DNA of 64,000 nt from a virus. Below, piece by piece: positions 47,166 through 57,800 of the stretch. The notes beneath the pieces were generated by a model. It did not search any database. It had not been told where the DNA came from and worked only from the letters and a program-made list of their open reading frames with translations. Positions within the stretch are counted from its first letter, which is position 1, and the number at the start of each line of letters is the position of its first letter. The stretch lies in the IMG/VR virus record IMGVR_UViG_3300037264_006630, positions 120,944 through 184,943 of that record. The stretch is one strand, 5' to 3'. Made by a program: the position numbers and the translations under genes.

Positions 47166-48604
47166 TGCGGATGCGCGAGCCCAAGCCAGGACGGGTCCTG
47201 CCCCACAACCTCGACGCCGAAGCCTCGGTGCTCGGCGGCATCCTCTTGCGCAACGAAGCTCTCAGGATGCTCGACACGCTCGAGGTCGAGGACTTCTACA
47301 GCCCGAAGCACCAGGCCGTGTTCGCGGCAATGCGCAACCTCGAAGCCACGGCGGTCCCGATCGACCCGGTCACCGTGGACGAGGAGCTCCAGCGGCAGAG
47401 CAAGAGCGCCGCGGTGGGTGGCCTCGGCTTCATCGGCGAGCTCGCGCTGCGCGTGCCGTCGGTCGACAACGTCCTCCACTACGCCGCCATCGTCCAGAAG
47501 CATCGCAAGACGGTGCTCCTGATCAAGGCCCTAGCCGAGTGCATGGAGAACTGCTACGACGCGCACGGTGACTTGAACGAGGACGAGGACTGGCAGGGCG
47601 ACGAGGCTGTGCGTCGATCCCACGCCAAGCTGATGTCCCTCGCTGGCAAGCAGAGCGACGGCGCGCGCACGGTCGGGCAGTTGATGCGGGCGGAGATGAA
47701 GGCGGTCTACGAAGACCTCCAGTCGATGGAGGCCAACCAGGGCTTCATCGTGGGCGTGCCATTCGGCATCACATCGATCGACAAGAAGATCGGCGGCCAG
47801 CCCATCGGCGTCGTCACCGCCATCTACGGCGGCAGTGGCCACGGCAAGAGCACCATCCTGGGTGCTGGCGCCGCCGCGGCGTCTGCGGCCGACGTACTGG
47901 CCTACGTCTTCTCGTGCGAGGACGCGAGCGAGTTCTGGGGCGCGCGCTCACTGGCGCAGGAGTCCGGGGTCCAGACCCAGCAAATCGTCGCTCGCACCCT
48001 CACCCGCGACGACCTGGCCCGCTTGAACCACGCGCTCCTGCGCGCCGACATGCGCCGCGAGCAGGTCATCCCGTCGGCGGGCTGGACCATCGACGACATC
48101 ATCAGCGATGCGCTGGCGCGGCGGTACCGCGACCAGGCCATCCTCGGCGGCAAGAAGCGCCGCGCCGCGCTCTACCTCGACTACCTCCAGGTGGTCCGGA
48201 TCTCGGCGCAGTTCACGCCCAAGGAGCGCACGCAGGCGATCGCGTACATGCTCGACCGTCTCCAGTGGCTGGCGCAGGGCGCGGGTTCCACCGATCGCGA
48301 AGATCGCTGGGCGGTGATGGTCGCGTCCCAGGTGAAGCCCGAGGTGAGCAAGGAGCGGCGGGCGCCGTCGCTCGAGGATTGGGTCGACAGCGCGTCGATC
48401 AAGACCGTGCCGAAGCTCATCTTCGGCTTCGACCGCCCGGCCACCTACGACCCGCAGGCCGATCCCAAGCGGGGCAAACTCACCTGCCTCAAGCGCAGCC
48501 AGGGCAATGCCGAGATCCACGCCGACGTGGAGATCGACCTCTCCGTCCACAGCGTGTGGGACATCAACGACCCGTCGCCGCCGCAGTTCGGGAGGCTCCT
48601 GTGA
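47165..48604 (+). CDS. dnaB: DnaB-like replicative helicase
   Basis: PHNLDAEASVLGG, EDFYSPKHQAVF, GGSGHGKST, YLDYLQ, VASQV. Confidence 0.85.
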   Translation: MRMREPKPGRVLPHNLDAEASVLGGILLRNEALRMLDTLEVEDFYSPKHQAVFAAMRNLEATAVPIDPVTVDEELQRQSKSAAVGGLGFIGELALRVPSVDNVLHYAAIVQKHRKTVLLIKALAECMENCYDAHGDLNEDEDWQGDEAVRRSHAKLMSLAGKQSDGARTVGQLMRAEMKAVYEDLQSMEANQGFIVGVPFGITSIDKKIGGQPIGVVTAIYGGSGHGKSTILGAGAAAASAADVLAYVFSCEDASEFWGARSLAQESGVQTQQIVARTLTRDDLARLNHALLRADMRREQVIPSAGWTIDDIISDALARRYRDQAILGGKKRRAALYLDYLQVVRISAQFTPKERTQAIAYMLDRLQWLAQGAGSTDREDRWAVMVASQVKPEVSKERRAPSLEDWVDSASIKTVPKLIFGFDRPATYDPQADPKRGKLTCLKRSQGNAEIHADVEIDLSVHSVWDINDPSPPQFGRLL

Positions 48605-49404
48605 CCCTCGACTACTCCATCGACACCGGCGACTACCTGGCGATCGCACCGTCCATCCCGAGCCGCTCGTTCGATCACGTCTTCAAGGACTCGCCCTACT
48701 CGAATCGCACCCACGACAACTACCGACAGGGCGGTGGTGACGAGAAGCGCCGCGGCGTGCGCCAGGCCGTCTCGACCGGACGCGACCTGGCCTACTCCGC
48801 GCTCACCCCGGCTCACCGCCGGCAGTGGGCCTACGAGTCGGCGCGCATCGCGCGGCGCTGGGTGCTCGCCTTCACCGATGACGCTGGCATCGACGGCTGG
48901 AAGACGGACTTCGAGGCGGCGGGCCTCATCTACGTCCGGCTGCTCGTCTGGGTGCGGGGCGCCGAGGACATCGATCAGGAGACGGTGACCACCGCGGTCC
49001 GCGGCCGGAAGGGGGCACCGCAGTTCACGGGCGATCGTCCAGCTCAGGGCTGCGAGTTCATGGTCCTCTGCCACACCGCCGACACCCCGATGCGGTGGAA
49101 CGGCCGCGGCGCACGCACGGACGGCACTGGCGGCAAGACTGGCGGGGGCTCCGTCTACTTCGCCGACATCGCCAGCGAGGAGCGGCTGTGCGGTGCCGAC
49201 GGCAAGTCGATCGACGGGCAGAAGCCACTGGGGTTGATCTCCGAGCTCATGCGCGACCTGACCAATCCGGGCGACAGCATCCTCGATCCGTTCGTGGGCT
49301 CAGGCACGCTGGTGCGTGCCGCGATCAACGAAGGCCGCAGCGCGCGCGGCATCGAGATCAACCCCGGCCGCGCCGCCGCCGCGCGCGCGAGGTGCAAGCT
49401 GTGA
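48601..49404 (+). CDS. beta-class N6A/N4C DNA methyltransferase
   Basis: DSPY (motif IV variant) precedes QKPLGL and DPFVGSGT (motif I). Confidence 0.8.
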   Translation: MTLDYSIDTGDYLAIAPSIPSRSFDHVFKDSPYSNRTHDNYRQGGGDEKRRGVRQAVSTGRDLAYSALTPAHRRQWAYESARIARRWVLAFTDDAGIDGWKTDFEAAGLIYVRLLVWVRGAEDIDQETVTTAVRGRKGAPQFTGDRPAQGCEFMVLCHTADTPMRWNGRGARTDGTGGKTGGGSVYFADIASEERLCGADGKSIDGQKPLGLISELMRDLTNPGDSILDPFVGSGTLVRAAINEGRSARGIEINPGRAAAARARCKL

Positions 49405-49601
49405 CCCTCGGCGACGTGTACCTGGCCCTGGCGATCGTGCTCGTCGCGAGCACAGTGGTCATCCCGGGCCTGGCCACGCTCGCCATCCGCGCCTACCGGC
49501 GCCACCAGATTTCGGGGCCGATCGAACCGGTCGATCTCACCGGGCTGCCAAGGCAGTCCATCCCCCAGGCACGGTCGCGCCGCCGTGCTCGGTTCCTCTG
49601 A
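49401..49601 (+). CDS. small membrane protein
   Basis: one TM segment, GTGA coupling. Confidence 0.5.
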   Translation: MTLGDVYLALAIVLVASTVVIPGLATLAIRAYRRHQISGPIEPVDLTGLPRQSIPQARSRRRARFL

Positions 49602-49619
49602 GGGCGCAGGAGACAGATC

Positions 49620-49979
49620 ATGGCACGCAAGAAGAGTGGACCCGCCGCGGTCCAGACCCAGGTCCCCGGCACCGAGCGCCACTCGATCGAAAAGATCGAC
49701 GAAGCGGCGGTGGAGTACGTCACCCACCGCGACGCCCGAATGGCCGCCGCCGAGTTGGAGAAGGCGGCGAAGAAGCGGCTCCACGCGCAGGTGGAGGCGC
49801 ACAAGGACGAGCTCACCAAGCGGGAGAACGGCGAGGTCGTCTACCGATTCGAGCCGGCCGACGGCAGCACGCTCGAGGTGCTGCTCAAGCCGGTGAACGT
49901 GAAGCTCACCGTGCGGAAGGTCGACCCCGAGTCGATGCCCGGGTCGAGCGGCGACGAAGAGAAGCCCACGGAGGACTGA
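49620..49979 (+). CDS. hypothetical protein
   Basis: AGGAGA RBS, charged helical sequence. Confidence 0.65.
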   Translation: MARKKSGPAAVQTQVPGTERHSIEKIDEAAVEYVTHRDARMAAAELEKAAKKRLHAQVEAHKDELTKRENGEVVYRFEPADGSTLEVLLKPVNVKLTVRKVDPESMPGSSGDEEKPTED

Positions 49980-50644
49980 TGTTCGAGTTCGTCGTCCAGG
50001 GCGATCCGGTCCCGCAGGGATCGATGACCGCCATCCCGTTCCACATGCCGTGTCCGCAGTGCGCCGAGAAGAAGCGCTACTGCGGCAGGGCGAAGATCTG
50101 CATCCTGCCCGCGGGCGAGGTGCTGGGACGGCAACTCCGCGCGAACATCATCCACGACAACTCCGGCGAGTTGAAGACGTGGCGCTCGATGATCGCCCTG
50201 GAGGCGAAGCTCGCGTTCAACCGGGCCGGGATGATGGCGCGCCCCGTCTTCCCGGAGGGCACCGGCGTCGTGGTGGGGTGCGTGTTTTTCCTCAAGCGCC
50301 CACAAGGTCACCTGACCTCGAAGGGCGTGCTCTCGGCGGATGGCTTGCGCAACCCGACGCCGTGCAAGAAGCCGGACGCCGACAAGCTACTCCGCGGCGC
50401 GGTCGATGCGATGAGCGCTTCTACGAGTGCCGACATCGGCGGCGAGATCTATCACGACGACAACCAAGTCCTGTCGCCGTGGCCGTGGAAGACCTGGGCG
50501 CCGCTCACCGCGCGCACCGGCCACACCGTCATCGTCATCGAGCGCGCCGACCCGTCCGACATCGCTGCCATCGCGAAGGTCAGCGCGCGCCTCATCGAGA
50601 TCGTCCGCGCGTCGCGGCCGTCCACCGGGGAGCTGTTCGGATGA
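49979..50644 (+). CDS. rusA: RusA-family Holliday junction resolvase with a Cys4 insertion
   Basis: VQGDPVPQGS, KTWR, KPDADKLLRGAVDAM, YHDDNQV. Confidence 0.85.
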   Translation: MFEFVVQGDPVPQGSMTAIPFHMPCPQCAEKKRYCGRAKICILPAGEVLGRQLRANIIHDNSGELKTWRSMIALEAKLAFNRAGMMARPVFPEGTGVVVGCVFFLKRPQGHLTSKGVLSADGLRNPTPCKKPDADKLLRGAVDAMSASTSADIGGEIYHDDNQVLSPWPWKTWAPLTARTGHTVIVIERADPSDIAAIAKVSARLIEIVRASRPSTGELFG

Positions 50645-51282
50645 CCCGGAAGTTGCGCGTCCGCGGCGGCGTCATCGACACCCTGGGCAACCTCGGCGAG
50701 AACCTCGAGATGGTTGGCGCCGCCATCGCCGTGGTGATCTTGAGCCCGAAGATCCGGCGCGACTGCAAGGACATGCCGCGGCCGTGCTGGAAGGTCGGAT
50801 GCCGTTCGAACATGATCCTCGACGTGACCGAGAACGGCGCCATCATGCTCAACAGCGGGCTGTCCGACGACGACCGCGGCGAGGGCGCCGCGCGCATCCT
50901 GGGCGACGACGTGTCCGACGAGGAGTTCTACGCGCAGGTCGATCAGGTGCTCGACTGGTGGGTGTACCGCACCGACAAGGCCCGCCGCCTCGGCACCCGC
51001 CAGCCGCAGTCCTGTCTGGAGGACGTGATCGACGCGATGCAGGGCGATGAGATGCTGCTCGAGGACGTGGGCGCGGTCATGCACATCACGCGCGAGCGGG
51101 CGCGGCAGATCGAAGAAGCCGCCCTCCTCGCACTCACGAAGTCCGGAGACCGCATCAAGAAGCTCCTGGGTGGCAGCTTCGCGCGTCGGCTGTTCCACCG
51201 CCTCACCTCCCCGCAGGTTCTGCCTCAGGGGCCGCCCGTTCCGCTCGTCAAGATCCGCCGCCGCAAGGAGCCCACCGCATGA
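50641..51282 (+). CDS. sigma-70 region-4 HTH protein with Cys motif (possible late regulator)
   Basis: RPCWKVGCRSNMILDV, SCLED, LEDVGAVMHITRERARQIEEAAL. Confidence 0.7.
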   Translation: MTRKLRVRGGVIDTLGNLGENLEMVGAAIAVVILSPKIRRDCKDMPRPCWKVGCRSNMILDVTENGAIMLNSGLSDDDRGEGAARILGDDVSDEEFYAQVDQVLDWWVYRTDKARRLGTRQPQSCLEDVIDAMQGDEMLLEDVGAVMHITRERARQIEEAALLALTKSGDRIKKLLGGSFARRLFHRLTSPQVLPQGPPVPLVKIRRRKEPTA

Positions 51283-51662
51283 ACCCTGACAACCGCACCG
51301 AGCGCAGCCGTGCGATCGAGCGCGCGCTCCGAGCTGGCAAAAGCATCGCTGATGCCGCGCGCGCGGTCGACCCGCCGGCCCTTCACCAGGAGGTCTACCG
51401 CGTGCGGCGCGACCACTGCACCGACATGGAGTTCGCTCGCGCGCCACGGCCCACTGGCGACAACTACAAGCTGATCGTCACCATGATGAAGGAAGCCGCC
51501 ACCAGGGGCATGACCCCCGTCTTCGCCGACCTCGCGCGCGTGTGTTCGCCCGCGCTCACTCGCGCGCGTGTCGTCCAGATCGTCGAGAACGCCCGCCGTC
51601 GCGGCGACCTCCCACCCGCCCCCGTGCCAGCACCGCCACCCGCCCCCGAGCCGCCGCCGTGA
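51279..51662 (+). CDS. tandem HTH-like protein
   Basis: LRAGKSIADAARAV and LTRARVVQIV. Confidence 0.5.
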   Translation: MNPDNRTERSRAIERALRAGKSIADAARAVDPPALHQEVYRVRRDHCTDMEFARAPRPTGDNYKLIVTMMKEAATRGMTPVFADLARVCSPALTRARVVQIVENARRRGDLPPAPVPAPPPAPEPPP

Positions 51663-52057
51663 TCGAGCAAGCCGCCATCGCGATCGGGCGCGCGCTTGCC
51701 GGTCGCCGGTGGCGCGGACGCACCGAGCTCGACATCGCCAACGAGATCGAGCGCGTGCTGGGGCTGGCCACCTTCACCGACCCGCCCATCCGCTTCGTGC
51801 GCGAGCATCCCCTCACCGCGGCCGACCGACTCGACTTCGCCGCCGTGCTTCCCGGTGAGCTGGCCAACATCATCGTCATCGAGGTGAAGATCGAACGAGC
51901 GACGGTCACCGACACCGCGCGCCAGGCGCAGCGCTACCTGGCGCATCAGCAGGTGGGCGCGCTCATCTTGGCCTCGACATCGAGGCGCCTCGCCACCCAG
52001 ATGCCGCGCGAGCTCCAGGGCAAGCCCGTCTACTCGATCGTCCTCCCGCGGATGTAA
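51659..52057 (+). CDS. PD-(D/E)XK nuclease-like protein
   Basis: E..REHPL..DRLDF..VIEVK..QAQRY. Confidence 0.65.
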   Translation: MIEQAAIAIGRALAGRRWRGRTELDIANEIERVLGLATFTDPPIRFVREHPLTAADRLDFAAVLPGELANIIVIEVKIERATVTDTARQAQRYLAHQQVGALILASTSRRLATQMPRELQGKPVYSIVLPRM

Positions 52058-52065
52058 CCGACCCC

Positions 52066-52096
52066 TTGACGACGCACGATCGATCGTGCGTATGGT
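52066..52096 (+). promoter_or_regulatory. promoter of the C5-MTase gene with an 18-bp perfect palindrome in the spacer
   Basis: TTGACG-19 nt-TATGGT, 7 nt before ATG 52104; CGCACGATCGATCGTGCG at 52073-52090. Confidence 0.65.
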
Positions 52097-52103
52097 GACG
52101 AGT

Positions 52104-54161
52104 ATGAAAGCACGCAGTACCAAGGGGAGAGCTCGCCCGGTGGCGCGAGCACGAGGGCGAGCAGCCAACCAGCTCGAGTTCCCCACGCAGGGCGCTGGCC
52201 GTGCGCCGGTTGTGCGTGCCTTTTTCAACAACGACCACATCGTGGCCGACAACTTCTGCGGCGGCGGTGGCGCCAGCCTGGGCATCGAGATGGCGCTGGG
52301 GCGTTCACCCGATGTCGCGGTGAACCACGACGCCGAGGCGATCGCGATGCACGCGGTGAACCACCCGTTCACCAAGCACTACACCGAGAGCGTCTGGAAG
52401 ATCGACCCGAGGAAGGTGTGCGGCAAGCGGAGGGTGGCTCTTTGTTGGTTGAGCCCCGACTGCTCGTCGCACTCCAACGCCAAGGGCGGCGAGCCTCGCG
52501 ATCAGAAGAAGCGATGCCTCGCCTGGATCGCGGTGACGTGGGCGCACCGCGTGAAGCCGGATGTCTTTGCCCTCGAGAACATCGTCGAGTGGTTGAAGTG
52601 GGGCCCGCTCCATCGTGAGCACACCGACGCGACCTGCCTCGGGCGAGAGTGCAGAACCCACAAGGGGAAGAAGATCGACGTGGCGGACTGCAACCGCTGC
52701 AAGGGCGAAGGTTGCTGCAAGCGGATCTGTCGACGGAACAAGCCCATCCTCGCCCGCGAGGGGGAGACGTTCCGCGCCTGGAAGCAGAAGCTCGAGAGCC
52801 TGGGCTACGTCGTCGAGTGGCGGGTCCTGCGTGCCTGCGACTACGGCGCGCCGACCAAGCGCCGCCGACTATTCCTCGTCGCCCGTCGTGACGGACAGCC
52901 GATCGTCTGGCCGGAACCGACGCATGGGCCGCGCCAACTCGCAGACCAACCCCCGAGCGCCGCCGCGCCGCTCAAGCCCTACCGCACCACGGCCGAATGC
53001 GTGGACTGGTCACGGCACTGCCCGAGCATCTTCGACCGGGATAACCCGCTAGCCGACAAGACGCTGGCGCGCATCGCACGCGGGATCCACAAGTTCGTGC
53101 TCACAGCGAAGCGGCCGTTCGTCGTGCCGGTCAACCACGCGGGCGGTCACGGTCGCGTCCACAGCATCGACGAGCCCATGCCGACGATCACGGCGCAGTG
53201 CCGCGGATCGCACGCTCTGGTGGTGCCGACCATCGTGCGCACCGCGCACGGCGACGTGACTCAGGAGGGCAAGAAGCGCGGCCAGTCGTCGCACAGCATC
53301 GAGGAGCCGCTCCCCACCATCACCGCGGGTGGTCGCGACTTCGCTCTGGTGTCGCCGGTCATCATCAAGGCCAAGACCCACGGCGGTGGCGGGAACGACG
53401 CCAAGAGCGCGGACGAACCGCTCGGGACGATCACCACGTCCAAGCGAGGCGAGTTCGCGGTCGCGGTGCCCTACCTCATCCACAAGTCGAACGGCGAGCG
53501 CGTTGGCCAAGCGCCGCGCATCTACGACCCGCAGGAGCCCCTTGGCACCATCGTGGCGCAGGGGAACAAGCACGCCGCCGTGTTGGCGTTCCTGGCCAAG
53601 CACTTCGGCGGCGGCTACACCGGAGCTGGTTCATCCTGCGACGAGCCCCTCGGCGCCATCACGACGATCGATCACCACGCGCTGGTGGCGGCCCACGTCG
53701 TGAAGTTCCAAGGTACCAGCGACACGCATCTGACCTCGTGCTCTTCGAGTATGGACGAGCCAGCACCGTCCATCACCGCGCAGGGGATGAAGCTCGCGCA
53801 GGTCGCGGCGTTCCTGGTCAGGTACAACGGCACCGGCGATGCCGAGCCCGTGAACGAACCGGTGGGTGCGCTCACTGCGAAGCCGCGCTTCGGCTTGGTC
53901 ACGGTGACGATCGACGGCGAAGAGTACGTCATCGTCGACATAGGCATGCGCATGCTCGAGCCTGACGAGCTCTACAAGGCGCAGGGATTTCCTCCAGAAT
54001 ACAACATCGCTCCCGTCGTTGAGCGGCGGATGGCCAACGGGAAGATGAAGCGCGCGCCGCTGACCAAGACGGCGCAGATCCGCATGTGCGGCAACTCGGT
54101 GTCCCCGCCGGTCGCCGCCGCCGTCATCCGCGCCAACCTGCCGGTGAGACTCGCCGCGTGA
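52104..54161 (+). CDS. C5 cytosine DNA methyltransferase
   Basis: FCGGGG, SPDC, ENIVE, DYGAPTKRRRLF, RMLEPDELYKAQGF, GNSVSPP; repeated EPLxTIT units. Confidence 0.9.
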   Translation: MKARSTKGRARPVARARGRAANQLEFPTQGAGRAPVVRAFFNNDHIVADNFCGGGGASLGIEMALGRSPDVAVNHDAEAIAMHAVNHPFTKHYTESVWKIDPRKVCGKRRVALCWLSPDCSSHSNAKGGEPRDQKKRCLAWIAVTWAHRVKPDVFALENIVEWLKWGPLHREHTDATCLGRECRTHKGKKIDVADCNRCKGEGCCKRICRRNKPILAREGETFRAWKQKLESLGYVVEWRVLRACDYGAPTKRRRLFLVARRDGQPIVWPEPTHGPRQLADQPPSAAAPLKPYRTTAECVDWSRHCPSIFDRDNPLADKTLARIARGIHKFVLTAKRPFVVPVNHAGGHGRVHSIDEPMPTITAQCRGSHALVVPTIVRTAHGDVTQEGKKRGQSSHSIEEPLPTITAGGRDFALVSPVIIKAKTHGGGGNDAKSADEPLGTITTSKRGEFAVAVPYLIHKSNGERVGQAPRIYDPQEPLGTIVAQGNKHAAVLAFLAKHFGGGYTGAGSSCDEPLGAITTIDHHALVAAHVVKFQGTSDTHLTSCSSSMDEPAPSITAQGMKLAQVAAFLVRYNGTGDAEPVNEPVGALTAKPRFGLVTVTIDGEEYVIVDIGMRMLEPDELYKAQGFPPEYNIAPVVERRMANGKMKRAPLTKTAQIRMCGNSVSPPVAAAVIRANLPVRLAA

Positions 54162-54298
54162 TCACCATGGGCAGCCTCGTCGCCGCGTTCGTCATCCTGA
54201 GCGTGGCCCCGTCGTCCGGCCCCTGGTCCATCGTGGCCGGTCTGGCTGTAGGCATCCTCTTCGTCGTCTCGGTCATGAGTGCGGCTCGCTGGCGATGA
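54158..54298 (+). CDS. small two-TM protein
   Basis: hydrophobic, coupled on both sides. Confidence 0.45.
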   Translation: MITMGSLVAAFVILSVAPSSGPWSIVAGLAVGILFVVSVMSAARWR

Positions 54299-54837
54299 AG
54301 CGAACCGCCTTGAAACGTACCGCGTTGAAACGTACTGCGTGGAAGCGCGAGGGGTCGAAGCTCGCACCGGGCGGCGGGCTCAAGCGCAGCCCCATGAAGC
54401 GCGGCAAGGGCAACGGGTTCTCCACGTTCAAGACGACCCCTCGCGAGTACAAGGACCGTCTCCAGGCGAGGCGCGAGGCCAAGGGGCTGGCCGACGAGCC
54501 GTACCTCGAGTGGCTGCGCAAGCAGGTCTGCGGGCTGGCGGCCTGGGCGCTGTTGCAGTGGCAACTACACCGGGTCGTCATCGACATCGGGCCCTGCGGT
54601 GGCCGCATCGATCCAGACCACGAGCGCCACAACGTCGGCATGGGACAGACCGCGCCGGACGCCAGGGCGTGGAGTATTTGCAGGTGGCATCACGACGGTC
54701 GGCACGGCGACGCCAAGGGCTTCTGGGGCAGCATGACCGGCGCCGAGATCGTCGAGTTTATTGCCGAGCGCATCGACGAACACCGCGCCCGCTACCTGGC
54801 CGAGCTCGCCGCAGGCGGGCCCAACGGAGGCATGTGA
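54295..54837 (+). CDS. DUF968/Ref-like HNH-type nuclease
   Basis: (KRTAL)x3 N-terminus, YLEWLRKQVC, PCGG..DH, GMG..PD, ICRWHH..H. Confidence 0.6.
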   Translation: MKRTALKRTALKRTAWKREGSKLAPGGGLKRSPMKRGKGNGFSTFKTTPREYKDRLQARREAKGLADEPYLEWLRKQVCGLAAWALLQWQLHRVVIDIGPCGGRIDPDHERHNVGMGQTAPDARAWSICRWHHDGRHGDAKGFWGSMTGAEIVEFIAERIDEHRARYLAELAAGGPNGGM

Positions 54838-57800
54838 AGACCTACGGCACGGTGAAGTACAAGTCGGACCCGGGCGCGCGGCTCGGCTACTTCCACATCG
54901 TCTGCGAGCCCCACGTGGCGATGGTGCTGCGCCGCATCTTCGACGGTTCCAAGCGCGGCCGGGACAACGCGGTGGTGGTCTCCGGGACCGACGCCAACTG
55001 CCACACCCTCGAATGGGCGCTCATCAAGTACCCGATGGAGGTCGACACCCCGGTGTTGAAGCGCGGCGCCGATCGCCAGCGCCAGCGGATGGCGATGGTA
55101 GAAGAGGCGCGGTCGCCGGACTACGTGCCGCCGGTCTTCGACCTCGCGATCCCCTTGCGCGACTACCAGCGGGTGGCCGCCGACCTCGCGATCCGGTCCC
55201 GGGGGCTGCTTCTCGGAGACGACGTCGGCCTGGGCAAGGCCCAACCGATCGACGCGCTGGTCCTCACGCCGACGGGGTGGCGGGCCATTGGCGATCTCCG
55301 GGTTGGAGATCGGGTTGTCGACCCTGACGGTGGAGAAGCTGCGGTCACCGGCGTCTTCCCGCAGGGCGAGCGACAGGTCTACCGGGTAACGATCAAGGAT
55401 GGGACTTCGGCCGAGTCCTGCGAGGCGCATCTCTGGGGGGTCTATACCGCCAACGATCGCACCCGCGGTGGGTCGATGCGTGTGCTCGAGCTCAAGCAGA
55501 TCATGGGCGACTTGCGAGGCAAGGAGTGGAAGGGGTGGGCATCGAGCAAATGGTTCCTGCCGCTACCGGAACCGATTGTGTTCGATGCCGCTGGTGAGCG
55601 TCCGGTCGACCCGTACTTGCTCGGCGTCTTGATTGGCGACGGAGGGCTCTCGGGCGGCGCTGTAAACCTGATGAGCCCCGATGTGGAGATCGTTTCTCGC
55701 GTACGCGCCACCATTCCGGCTGGCACGACACTGATTGCTTGCGACGGACGTGAAGGGCACTACCGGGTGTCAAGGGGTAAGCCTGGTGGTGAGAATCCGC
55801 TGATGAACGCGCTACGCGACCTTGATCTGATGGGAAAGCTCTCGGTCGAGAAGCGAATCCCGGTTGCTTACCTGCGTGCGCCGGTTGCCGAACGTCTCGA
55901 GCTGCTACGCGGCCTCATGGATACCGACGGAGACTGCACGAAGCTCGGCGCCTGCATGTTCAACACGTCGTCGCCTGGGCTACGCGATGATGTGGTCGAT
56001 CTGGTCCGTGGGTTGGGGGGGATCGCCAGCATCTACGACCGGCCGGAGCCGAAGTTCACGCACAAGGGGGAGACGCGCATCGGGCAGCCAGCCTACCGCG
56101 TGAACGTGCGCCTGGCGGTCAACCCGTTTCACCTGATCAAGAAGGCGGAGCGCTGGCACAGGCCCAACATGGCACGAGCGATCCATTCGGTGGAGCCGAC
56201 CCGTCGAGTGGAGACGGTCTGCATCCGCGTCGCGAGCAAGCGCCATCTCTACATCACCGACGGTCACATCGTCACGCACAACACCGCTGAGTGCATCGCT
56301 ACCTTCGTGGTGCCCGACACGCTGCCGGCGATCGTCGTCACCCTGACGCACCTGACCGGGCAGTGGCAGCGCGAGGTCAACCGCTTCGCCCCGGCGCTTC
56401 GCGTCCACGTCATTCAACGAGTTCAAGCCTACCCGCTCGTCGACAACTACGGCTGGGAGGTCCACAAGGGCAAGCGTCGCTACGTGCGCAGCGGCATCGC
56501 CAAGATGCCCGACGTGATCATCCTCTCCTACAGCAAGCTCGTCGGCTGGGCCGACATGTTGATCAGTATCAACCCCGGGATGCTGGTCTTCGACGAGTGC
56601 CAGGAGCTTCGCACTGGTGCGACCGACGGCGGGTCAACGCACGGCTCGAAGAAGAACGACGCAGCCAAGGCGATTGCCTTCCGATCGCGTTATCGGGTCG
56701 GCGCCTCGGTGGGGCCGGACAGCATCATCGAGCTGCGCGGGAGCCTCTTCGGGGCCGGATGGGTCGGCCGGATGGAAGACGCGGTCACCATGGTCGCATC
56801 TGTCGTCGGTGCGCAGCGGCTTGCCGAGAGCGATTTCCGCGACGTGGCGATCCTCGGGATCGAGTCCCGGGGGTGGACGGGCAATGGCTTCGGGTGGAAG
56901 CGCGTCAGGAAGTTCATCGTCCACGAGTGCAACGAGCCCGTTCGGACGCTGCGCATCGCTGGGGATGGGCTCCTTCTGACCGATGATCACGACGTGTTCG
57001 TGGCGCGGCGCCAGGGTCGCCGGGACTACCACCCGGAGGTCATCACGCCGATCGCACAGGTTCCGGCCAAGAGCATCAACAAGGGCGACATTGTCCCGGT
57101 GGACGACGGAGCCGCGTGGGGCGGCAACACCGAACGGCTCATCGACACGGCGTCCATCCTCACCCATCTTGGTTGGGCGCAGGTCCCCGTCTACTTGGGC
57201 GGTTTGGATCGGCACATCCTGGGGGTGAAGCAGTACGAGTGGGCGAACTACAGGAAGCAGGGCACGTTCGGGCACTACCTGCCGGTGAGGCTCTACTTGC
57301 AACACCGCCACCGTCTGCCGGTTCCGCCGTTCATCTACCTCTCGAAATGCAAGCGGATCACCAAGATCGCGATGACGATCCGCTTGAGCGATTGGGCCTA
57401 CGTGCTGGGCTTCTTCCTCGGTGACGGGTGGCTCGATAAGGACACGACTCGCGTTTCTTTTGCGGTTGAGCTTTCGCGGAAGGACGACTTCATCGCGCGT
57501 CTACGGTTGCTGCCCGGCATCGACCTGGACCCCAAAGTCCGCGTGATGCCAGGAAAGTCAGTCGAGATACGGGTGTCGAACGTCCTGTTCGCCAGCGTGC
57601 TGCGGCACGCGATGGGTAAGCACCTCTGCCACGAGAAGACGATCCCTGGTGAGTGGATCGTGAGTTGGCCGGAGTCCGCGCGTCGCGAGTTGCTCCGAGG
57701 AATGCTCGAGTCCGACGGGCATGTTTCCGCGCGCGCAAACCGGCGTTGGTACGCTACGTCTTCGCAGAAGATGGCGCGGGCGATGCTGTCGCTCCTTCGG

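Noticed and set aside
51659-54161. Type II restriction-modification system
   Set aside because: The nuclease is only about 132 aa, belongs to the upstream operon and is separated from the MTase by a promoter; there is no positive evidence of pairing.
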